DNA of 64,000 nt, taken from Nitrospirota bacterium. Its GTDB lineage: Bacteria; Nitrospirota; UBA9217. The DNA lies in NCBI GenBank assembly GCA_963818475.1, contig CAWFSF010000003.1:64001-128000 (forward strand), written 5' to 3'. Positions 21,222 through 30,367 of this stretch are shown here, piece after piece. A program made the position numbers and the translations under genes. Below the pieces are notes generated by a model that saw only the letters and a list, made by a program, of their open reading frames with translations, had not been told where the DNA came from and did not search any database. The number at the start of each line of letters is the position of its first letter. The stretch's first letter is position 1.

Positions 21222-21430
21222 CGTGGCCTCCGGAAGTGGAACATGCTGCTTTCTCGTCAAATCATAGCAGAGGCGGCATTCAAGTCAAGACATAAGTCCT
21301 GGAAGCAGGAATGGAACATCATGGGGATCAAAGCAATTGTGCTGTCATTGCACGCTGTGCCCAGGCGATTATAAAGATCATGCCGCCTATCGGACCTGTC
21401 ATATGATACTCGGCGTAGCGATCGCCCCGC

Positions 21431-21660
21431 CTACTTCCGGAAATGCAGTTCGCACCGGAGCGCAACCTCCCCGGCGAGGCGTTTCGCTTCTTCCTCGATT
21501 CGCTTGTGCTCCGTGGGGGAGTGCGTGATGCCCCGCAGGACGAGACCTTCGCCGTCGGGAAGTACATCGAAGACAGGAAGAAAGAACTTCGGATTGGTGG
21601 CGATGCCTGCCTTGACCTTTGCGGCCTTGGTACGGATATGCAGGGAGCGCACGGCTTCCC
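21431..21660 (-). pseudogene. C-terminal remnant of a cytidylate-kinase-like/BON-type protein
   Basis: KAAKVKAGIATNP...LVLRGITHS...LRCELHFRK with no N-terminus. Confidence 0.4.
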
Positions 21661-21684
21661 CGGCAACGGGCATGTTCTTGAGGA

Positions 21685-21800
21685 CTCGTGGGGCAGGGAC
21701 CGAACTGCCATGGCAATGACCCCCGCCAGAATGTGGTCGATGACGACGATGCTGGCGAGCGCGGACAAGAACGACAGGTCGAAGTTGACAGCTCCGAACG
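21685..21800 (-). pseudogene. Remnant of TerC/YjbE-family gene 5' end
   Basis: FLSALASIVVIDHILAG-VIAMAVRSLP matches the N-terminus of 25452-26174 with the DNAV segment deleted. Confidence 0.7.
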
Positions 21801-22045
21801 AACCCGGTCCATTATGCAGCTCCTCGCTGGTGCAGGGCAATCGCCCCGAAAATAAAAGCCTTGGACGGATTATCGTCCAAGGCTTTGCGTGGTGTCAAGT
21901 GATTAATATGGCAGCGGCTCTTCTCCGGGCGCGGCAGGAGCGATGGTTCAGGAAGCGGAGACGGGACCCGGTTAAGAATGTCAATAACACAGATTCAAGT
22001 CTGCCCCCCCCTGCTGTACCTAAGCTTCCAGTTCGGCACACCATT

Positions 22046-22074
22046 AAAAAAAGCCGTCCCGATGAGGACGGCTT
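22046..22074 (-). terminator. Rho-independent terminator after RCC1-repeat gene
   Basis: AAGCCGTCC-TCATC-GGGACGGCTTTTTTT on minus strand. Confidence 0.75.
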
Positions 22075-22195
22075 CATTTCATCTATTCTGTGGCGGAGGA
22101 TTACTTTTCCCTCTACCCTTGTGTCTGCTGCGTTCCGAAGCTCGCGGTCGTGAGCGATTCGGTTTTACATTAAGTTCGGATGCCGTGTCTTATAC

Positions 22196-24771
22196 TCACT
22201 GACACGTTCCGCCTATGCCCATGCTGAAACAAAGGGTATTGCCTGCCAGATCAACCGCATTTCCGGTTATGCCCTGTCCCGGCCACCCTATTAACGAAGG
22301 GCAGGTGAAAACGCCTGAGACAGCATCGTTGCATTCAAACGTAACGAGCGCAGTGACGACGTCGGACGACGGGTTGACAATGACAGTCAAAACTGGCGGC
22401 GTCTTATCTATTTTGACGGTCGGAACATGAAGCGCCTCATCGTTGCCGACATTGTCCTTCGCAAAATAGCTGACGCTGTGAATGCCTTCCGGGCTGACCG
22501 TAAATGAGGCAGTGCTGCCCGACACTATCGTCTCGGTCCCGTCGATGCTGTAATGGATTTCCTTCACCCCGGAGCCGCCGGTATTGTCGGTTGCCGTCAA
22601 GGTGATCTGCATATCGGACTTGTACCAGCCGTTATTCCCCGAAACTCCTCCGATCGCGATGCTCGTGGTCGGGGAAGTTACGTCCACCCCCGTGCCGGTG
22701 AGCGAAATAGTCAGCGTCGGCGTATCGGGATCATCGGAGGCGACCTCCAGTGTCGCGCTCTTCGCGCCCTGGGAGGCTGGCGTAAATGTTACGGTTACCG
22801 TACATGAAGTATTATAAGCTACAGACGTACAATCATTTGTCTGGCTGAAGTGAGTGGAATCTGGTCCGGTAACGCTTACAGAGCTTATCAAAAGCGCTGC
22901 TGAGCCCCCGTTCAAGATCGAAAACGTATATGTGGCCGCACTTCCCAGCTGAACTTCGCCAAAAGCAATCGCAGCTAAACTAGCGGAGATCTCCGGCGAT
23001 GCGCAAACCGGCTGCTTTATATTGGACCAATCAAAAGCATTCAATTGGCCGCAATAATTATAACCCACAGCCACGACGGTTCCACCCTCTTTAAGCCCAA
23101 TCGTGTGATACCCAACTGCTGCTATGGCTGTTATATTCGTCCACGTGGAAACATTCAACTGGCCATAGTTGTTAGACCCCGCAGCTACGACTGTTCCATC
23201 CGCTTTGAGCCCGACCGTGTGAGAAGCGCCTGCTGCAACGGCTTTTATGTTTGTCCAGGAGGAGACATTCAGCTGGCCGGACCCGTTAGATCCCGTAGCC
23301 ACGACCGTTCCATCCGCTTTGAGCCCGACCGTGAAATTAGCGCCTGCTGCAATGGCTTTTATATTCGTCCAAGAATAAACACTGCACTGGCCATTATTGC
23401 AATCTCCCACACCAACAACTGTTCCATTTTCCTTAAGCCCGATCGTGAAATCCGGGCCTGCTGCAACGGCTGTTACGGTCGTCCACGAGGAGAGATTGCA
23501 CTGGCCATAGTAATTATCTCCCACAGCCACGACTGTTCCATCCTCTTTAAGCCCGACCGTGTGACCCTGGCCTGCTGCAATGGCTTTTATATTCGTCCAG
23601 GAGGAGACATTCAACTGGCCGTAATCATTATTCCCCGTTGCCACTACTGTTCCATCCTCTTTAAGCCCGACCGTGTGATTCGCACTTGCTGCAACGGCTT
23701 TTATATTCGTCCACGAGGAGACATTCAACTGGCCATTGTTGTTAAACCCCGTAGCCACGACTGTTCCATCCTCTTTAAGCCCGACCGTGTGAGCTACGTG
23801 CCTGCTGCAACGGCTTTTATGTTCGTCCACGAGGAGACATTCGACTGGCCGTAGCTGTTAGATCCCGACAGCCACGACTGTTCCATCCTCTTTAAGGCCC
23901 GACTGTGTGATAAGTGCATGCTGCAATGGCTTTTATATTCGTCCACGAGGAGACATTCAACTGGCCAGCCGAATTATCTTCCCGACAGCCACGACTGTTC
24001 CATCCTCTTTGAGCCCGACTGTGTGATATTCGCCTGCTGCAATTGCTTTTATATTCGTCCACGAGGAGACATGCACTGGCCATTGTAATTATATCCCACA
24101 GCCATTACTGTTCCATCCTCTTTGAGCCCGACCGTGTGATCTCTGCCTGCTGCAATGGCTTTTATATTCGTCCACGAGGAGACACTCATCTGGCCATAGG
24201 TAGTTAGACCCCACAGCCACGACTGTTCCGTCCTCTTTAAGCCCGACCGTGTGAGAAGCGCCTGCTGCAACGGCTTTTATATTCGTCCAAGAGGAGACAT
24301 TCAACTGGCCATAGAATTTATCTGCCCACTAGCCACGACTGTTCCATTCTCTTTAAGCCCGATTGTGTAACCATTGCCTGCTGCAACGGCTTTTATATTC
24401 GTCCACGAGGAGACATTCAACTGGCCAGTAAGAATTATTCCCCACAGCCACGACTGTTCCATCCATTTTAAGCCCGACCGTGTGAGAAGCGCCTGCTGCA
24501 ACGGCTTTTATGTTCGTCCACGAGGAGACGATCAACTGGCCGAGTGACCAGCAGAGTTCACATTAACCCCACGATCGAGCACTGTGCCATCCGCTTTGAG
24601 CCCAACGGTGAGTTTTCTCCTGCGGCTATTGTCGTAACGTTATGATCTATGGTACGAGCAGCTTTTGCTGTTGAGGGCAGAGGATCAAAGAATAACAATA
24701 AATTACCACCGATAACAAAACATTGAATCGATCTCTCTACAGGTCCTTGAGACATACTTTCTTGCAGTCAT
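22196..24771 (-). CDS. Secreted RCC1-repeat beta-propeller surface protein with ASH/choice-of-anchor-D-like and Ig-like C-terminal domains; multiple frameshifts in repeat region
   Basis: ~14 repeats of ~114 bp (WTNIKAVAAG..HTVGLK.DGTVVA.G.N..GQ), then FGEV...N.G...L.I...CTVTVTFTP and DVTSP/DKTPP Ig modules. Confidence 0.8.
23045..24600 (-). repeat. Tandem ~114-bp coding repeats
   Basis: Recurring CTGTTCCATCCTCTTTAAGCCCGACCGTGTG and TTTTATATTCGTCCACGAGGAGACATTCAACTGGCC. Confidence 0.95.
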
Positions 24772-24838
24772 ACTTTCCCCCTTTTTTCATTATTTATTTT
24801 TAAATATGCGCCACGGATTTCCAAGGTAAAACCTCTAA

Positions 24839-24985
24839 GTAGAGCGGAGAACTGCTCGCTCTGCCCCCCTCATCAAACCATGCAAGCGGTTTTCCCGCAC
24901 AGGGACGCTCCGGGGCGGGGAACTTTCGGGACATCCTATGCTTTCGAGAATCCTGCGACATCTTGCCTTGGTTCTTACGGCGCAT
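24839..24985 (-). mobile_element. Internally deleted group II intron relic (5' end + domain V/VI)
   Basis: TGTGCGGGAAAACCGCTTGCATGGTTTGATGAGGGGGG...CTCTAC resembles domain V-VI and the AY 3' end; ATGCGCCG resembles the GUGYG 5' end. Confidence 0.65.
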
Positions 24986-25082
24986 TTGCGGATTTAACAT
25001 CTGCGATCCAGCCAGAACCTTAAAACATGCCGAGAAACAACGTGCGTGTTATGGATTTAGAATGCTAATGAAAGATTCGTTG

Positions 25083-25110
25083 ATTATAGGGATATCCAAC
25101 CTGTTGTCAA
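25083..25110 (-). promoter_or_regulatory. Consensus sigma70 promoter upstream of intron relic/RCC1 gene
   Basis: TTGACA-16 bp-TATAAT. Confidence 0.7.
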
Positions 25111-25248
25111 GAAGTTTGACGGGGTAATTTCGGAGAAACGCCCTGATTGCGGGTTTCGGACTCGCGAAAAATGGCGTGGGTTGTGGAGCCAGAGTTGAGG
25201 TCCCCCGTGCCGCAGCAAGTAGCCGGGAGATGAGCGAACTTTACTTTA

Positions 25249-25361
25249 ATCAGGAAGTGCGGGGTCTCGAGCGTGGTCCAGGTGAAGGAGGGATCGAACT
25301 TGGCAAAGGCAGGTACGGCCAGGAGCAGAAGAACAGCGCATAGTGCAAGGATTTTTTTCAA
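25249..25361 (-). pseudogene. Orphan 5' end (signal peptide + AKFDPSFTWTTLETPHFLI) of the Omp85-type gene
   Basis: 59-bp near-identity with 21109-21167; similarity stops abruptly at 25249. Confidence 0.85.
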
Positions 25362-25451
25362 CAGGCACCCTCCGCGGAACGGGTCGCGCCCGGCGTGACA
25401 GGCGTGCGGACACTGTTCCTGATTTAAGGATCAACGGGTTTCAGCGCGCGA

Positions 25452-26174
25452 TCAGGGGCGCTCGCGCTCTGTCCGTGTTAGCTTATTCAGGTCCCGCCTG
25501 AGCCAGAACTGCCCGACGCCAAGAACGCCTGCTGCAAAGAGAAGCTTGAGCGCATAGGTGGCGGTTCTGCCCGGGGCAATATGGGCGGCCACAACCGGGT
25601 CCGTCAGGATCATATCGCCGCCCACCACCCCGAGGATGGCCGCGCCGACATAAATGATCGCGGGGTATTTTTCCATAAGCGTCGAGAGCAGGGTGCTGGC
25701 GAACACGATGAGGGGAATGCTGAGGCCCAGGCCGAAGAGCAGCAGGAACAGGTTTCCCTGCGAAGCGCCGCCCACGGCAAGCATGTTGTCCACCGACATG
25801 GTAATGTCGGCGACCACGATGAACCGGACGGCGTGCCAAAGGGAGGCCGACTCGTGATGGGTCGCTGTCGCTTCCTCATCCTCGACAAAGAGCTTGACCG
25901 CGATCCAGAGGATCACGATGCCGCCGACCAGCTTCACATAGTTCACGGTCAGCAGCTCGGCGACAAAGAAGGTCAGGACCACGCGGAGCAGCACTGCTGC
26001 GCCGGCGCCGTACAGGATCCCCCTGATGCGCTGCTCCTTCGGCAGCGACCGGACCGCCATGGCAATGACCACGGCGTTGTCCCCGGCAAGGACGAGATCG
26101 ATGATAATGATGCTGAGGAGGCTTGAGAGAAAAGCCACGTCCAGGCTGGTGGTGCCAAGTTCTGCGAAATTCAT
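25452..26174 (-). CDS. TerC/YjbE family membrane protein
   Basis: DLVLAGDNAVVIA, ADITMSVDNMLAVGGA. Confidence 0.92.
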   Translation of the reverse strand: MNFAELGTTSLDVAFLSSLLSIIIIDLVLAGDNAVVIAMAVRSLPKEQRIRGILYGAGAAVLLRVVLTFFVAELLTVNYVKLVGGIVILWIAVKLFVEDEEATATHHESASLWHAVRFIVVADITMSVDNMLAVGGASQGNLFLLLFGLGLSIPLIVFASTLLSTLMEKYPAIIYVGAAILGVVGGDMILTDPVVAAHIAPGRTATYALKLLFAAGVLGVGQFWLRRDLNKLTRTERERP

Positions 26175-26559
26175 GCGACTGTCGTCCCTCCTGGTGCCGC
26201 GATCGGCACCTCGGTACCCAAGTGTGCAGCTCAAGTGTATATCAAAAAAATAGTGTGGTAAAGAACTTCTTTACCCCGCCTCGGATCAGCCGCTTGCCTG
26301 CGCATTCCGGAGCAAGCTGCCGGATGGCGCGAACTGTCAGCCCGGCATTTGAAGAAGGTTATTAATTTTTCCAATGAACATATTATCCGCTACCCGTAAA
26401 ATACCCCGGCAGGGTGATTTAATTCTTTCGTTTCTTCTACTAACATAATAATTGTTGCAGATTTTGAGCGCGAAGGAGGTGATGAAAAAGTGTCGTGCGT
26501 TCGGCAAAAACCGAACTTATTGCATTTTTATTAAACTTTTTTCCCACAAGGAGAATGTC

Positions 26560-27153
26560 ATGAAGAGAGTCGGTATTGCGGTAATGGTAATGAGCTTTTT
26601 CGCGGCAGTGTCCATGCAGCCGGTCTTTGCAGCAGACATAGATGCTCTCAAGGCACTGGTAAAGGACGAGGCACGCATTGTCAAGGATTACCCGCTCGAG
26701 AAGCAGATCGATGCCGTGGCGGCAAACCAGATGGCAAGTTCTCAGAAGGCGGTCATCGTGGACATACGGACCGCGCAGGAATACCAGCTGATCGGGCACG
26801 TTCCCGGAACCTGCAACATCCCCGTATCGTTCTGGGGCAAATGGGACGACCAGAAGAAGTCCTTTGGCATGGAGCCGAACCCGGATTTCGTAAAGCAGTT
26901 TTCGACCGCATTCCCGGACAAAAATAAGGCCTATATTCTCATGTGCCGTTCAGGACATCGCAGTGCCAAGGCGATCAAGACCTTGCAGCAGGCCGGGTAC
27001 ACCAACCTGTATGATATGTGGGACGGGTTCGAGGGCATCGCGGAGAAAGACAAGGCCTCGCCGAACTTCGGCAAAAAGACGGTTGACGGCTGGAAGAACA
27101 AGAACCTGCCGTGGACCTATGACATGGACCCCCTGCTCGTGGTTGCGAAATAA
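26560..27153 (+). CDS. Periplasmic rhodanese-domain protein
   Basis: Signal peptide, DIRTAQEY, GHVPG, CRSGHRS, DGFEG; RBS AAGGAG. Confidence 0.88.
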   Translation: MKRVGIAVMVMSFFAAVSMQPVFAADIDALKALVKDEARIVKDYPLEKQIDAVAANQMASSQKAVIVDIRTAQEYQLIGHVPGTCNIPVSFWGKWDDQKKSFGMEPNPDFVKQFSTAFPDKNKAYILMCRSGHRSAKAIKTLQQAGYTNLYDMWDGFEGIAEKDKASPNFGKKTVDGWKNKNLPWTYDMDPLLVVAK

Positions 27154-27170
27154 TCGGGATCGCACGTGCC

Positions 27171-27206
27171 AAGCCCTCGTTCCCTAGCGAACGAGGGCTT
27201 TCTTTC
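27171..27206 (+). terminator. Rho-independent terminator between convergent genes
   Basis: AAGCCCTCGTTC-CCTAGC-GAACGAGGGCTT-TCTTT. Confidence 0.75.
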
Positions 27207-27237
27207 TGGATGGATGTCCAGGGCGGATCTCCCAGGA

Positions 27238-29952
27238 TCACCCGGCGGCCGCCCCTCCTGCCGCGCCTTTGCCGCGTCTTTTGAAGAACTTCTCGATCTC
27301 CACGGCAATGAAAACAACTGATGACAGCGCGAGCGTAAAGAGCAGCTCAGCCAGCGACAGCGGCTCTGTTTTAAATATCGGGTTCAACACCGGCAGATAG
27401 ATGGTCGCCATCTGGAGGACGAACGTTAACAGAAAAGCGCCCACCAGCGGCTTGTTCGAGAAAAAGCCCTGGGTGAAGATCGATTCCCGTTCAGACCGTA
27501 TCGCAAGGACGTGCCCCATCTGGCTCAGGCACAGTACGGTAAAGACCATGGTCTGCCAGTGGGCATGCCCGGTCTTCAGGGACCAGGCCTGGGTGAACAG
27601 GGACACGGCGCCCATCAGAAGTCCGACCCAGACAATATGGACGCCGAGACCGTTGGCGAAGATGCTCTCTTTGGGATGGCGCGGCGGTCTTTCCATGATG
27701 CCTTTTTCCGCGGGCTCGGCCGCAAGGGCAAGGCCGGGAAGTCCGTCGGTTACCAGGTTGATCCAGAGGATATGAATGGGCAGCAGCGGGATGGGGAGCC
27801 CCAGAAACGGCGCGAGGAAGATCGTCCAGATCTCGCCGGAGTTGCTGGTCATGGTGTACTTGATGAACTTGCGGATATTGTCGAAGATCCGCCTGCCCTC
27901 CTTCACGGCCTTGACGATGGTGGCAAAGTTGTCGTCCAGCAGGACCATGTGGGACGCTTCTTTTGAAACGTCCGTTCCGGTAATGCCCATGGCAACGCCG
28001 ATATCGGCCCGCTTGAGCGCGGGGGCGTCATTCACGCCGTCGCCGGTCATGGCAACGAACTGGCCCTTGTCCTGAAGCGCCTTGACGATCTTCAGCTTCT
28101 GTTCAGGCGCGACCCTTGCGTACACGCGCAGATGTTCGACCCGCTCCTCGAACTCCTCCAGCGATAGCTGATCGAGCTCTCTGCCGGTGATCACCGCCCG
28201 GGAGTCCTGCTCGAGGATGCCCAGTCTTTTGGCAATGGTCGTTGCGGTCAGGGGATGGTCGCCGGTTATCATCACCGGCTTGATCCCGGCGGTCTTGCAT
28301 AAGCGCACGGCCTCCTTGGCCTCTTCCCGCGGGGGGTCCATCATGCCGACGAGGCCCAGGATGGTGAGCCCGGCTTCAACATGCTCCGGCGACATATCGT
28401 CGGGCAATGCGTCCCAGGTCCTCATGGCAATGCCGAGGACCCGGAGTCCGTCGGCGGACATCCTGTCGTTGACCTTCTGGATCTCCCCGGCGTCAACGGT
28501 CTTCAACCCTTCGTCGGTCAGGATGCCCGCTGACTTGTCCAGCAGAACATCGATTGCGCCCTTGGTAAAGGAGACGAATTTCCCATCCCTGGCCCCGGTG
28601 GAACGTGGTCATGCATTTTCTGTCGGAATCAAAGGGAATTTCGGCCACTCTCGGGAGGTCCTGCTCAAGGGCTTTTTTGTCAAAGCCCCTGTTTTTCGCT
28701 ATGACATACAAGGCGACTTCCGTCGGGTCGCCGATCACCTTGCCTGATGCGTCTCCCTCCGCGTCATTGCTCACGGCAAGGGCGGTCATGAGAAGCGATT
28801 GCGGATTGCGGCTTGCGGATTGCGAAATAGAACCCCCTCTCCTCCTGGGGAGAGGGCTGGTGAGGGGCGATTCCGATCTCCGAACTCCGCACTCAGAACT
28901 ATGCTTCCCATTCACATACACCTCTTCCACGGTCATTTTGTTCAGGGTCAGGGTGCCGGTCTTGTCGGAGCAGATGTAGGTGACGGAGCCGAGCGTTTCG
29001 ACCGCCGGAAGTTTCCGTATCAGGGCGTTCTGCCTGACCATCTTCTTCGCGCCAAGAGCGAGGGAGATGGTGATCACCGCGGGAAGGGCCTCGGGAATCG
29101 CGGCAACGGCGAGCGAGATCGCCGTAAGCAGCATGAGCAGCGGCTCCTCCCCTCTCAGGATGCCGACGCCAAAGACAATGGCGCAGATGGCAAGCACGGC
29201 AAGGGCGAGTTTCTGGCCGAAGGCCGCGAGCCTTTTCTGGAGCGGCGTCTTTACCTCCTCTTCCTCCTGCAGCATGGTTGCGATCTTTCCGAGCTCCGTC
29301 GCCATGCCCGTTGCCGTGACCACGTCCCCTGCCGCGGCCGTAGCTCACGATCGTGCCTTTATAGGCCATGTTCTTCCGGTCGCCGATGGACAGGTGCTCG
29401 TCGTGCAGCGGCTTGGCGTGCTTTTCAACGGGCAGGGATTCGCCGGTCAGGGCGGCCTCCTCGACCTTCAGCTGGGCCGTCTCGATCAACCGCATGTCAG
29501 CGGGAACGATCTTTCCCGCCTCCAGAATGACGACGTCGCCGGGAACAAGCTGCGACGCCGGGATGGTTGACGGGGTTTCCGTCCCGCATCACCAGGGCGT
29601 ACTGGGCGGCCATTTTTCTGAGCACTGCCATCGCTTTTTCCGCCCGGTATTCCTGGACAAAGCCGATGACGGCATTCAGCACCACGATCACGATGATGGC
29701 GATGGTGTCGGAGGCCTCTCCGATAATGCCCGAGATGATCGCGGCGGCAATCAGCACGAGGATCATGAAGTCCTTGAACTGGTCGAGGAACATCATGAAC
29801 AGCGTCTTTTTCTTTTTCTCCACCAGCTCGTTGGGGCCGTGCTGCTCGAGGCGCAGACCTGCTTCAGCGGGCGTGAGCCCGGAAGGCGAGCTTCCCAGCT
29901 GCTTCAGCGCTTCATCAATGCCCAGGCGATGCCATGCTGTTCGTTCTTCCAT
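27238..29952 (-). CDS. P-type IIA (Ca2+-type) cation-transporting ATPase, split by frameshifts
   Basis: [33 protein letters not shown] across ORF fragments. Confidence 0.9.
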
Positions 29953-30144
29953 CGTTGTTTGCTTCCTCTCTGCGGTGTGTGATCGGGCCGTCGGACCTTC
30001 TCTTATAGATATCACGGGATCGTTCTTTTGTAAAGGGAGGCAATTCAAGCGCATTTGAAAGTCGTAACTGATTCGCCCCTCACCTTTATCCTCTCCCCGA
30101 GCGAAGAGGGCAGGGGGAGGGGGACTTTCCTGCCTGTAAAATTT

Positions 30145-30275
30145 GAGGCATACGTAAAAAGTCAAAATCTACCACAGAGACACGGAGACACGGAGAAAGT
30201 CGATTTGAAAACGTTACTGCTTTTCTCTGTGACCTCCGTGCCCTGTGGTGAAAAAAGGTTTGTTACGATTTTATC
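30145..30275. mobile_element. Small MITE-like palindromic element with 5-bp TSD AATTT
   Basis: Imperfect TIR GA......CGTAA.AA; internal CCACAGAGACACGGAG / CTCCGTGCCCTGTGG; AATTT at 30140-30144 and 30276-30280. Confidence 0.6.
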
Positions 30276-30367
30276 AATTTGCGAATCTTGCGTTCAATCT
30301 TTGCTATATTGATTGGTGGGCTGCGGTTGGATTGCGATGAGATCGGTGGGCGGGTGGGCCGGCCAGG

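Noticed and set aside
23045-24600. Regular repeats with variable intervals resembling a CRISPR array
   Set aside because: Units are ~114-bp codon-phased RCC1 coding repeats; no cas genes or spacer structure
26175-26440. yybP-ykoY manganese riboswitch upstream of terC (also looked for upstream of the ATPase)
   Set aside because: Conserved GGGGAGUA-type motif not seen
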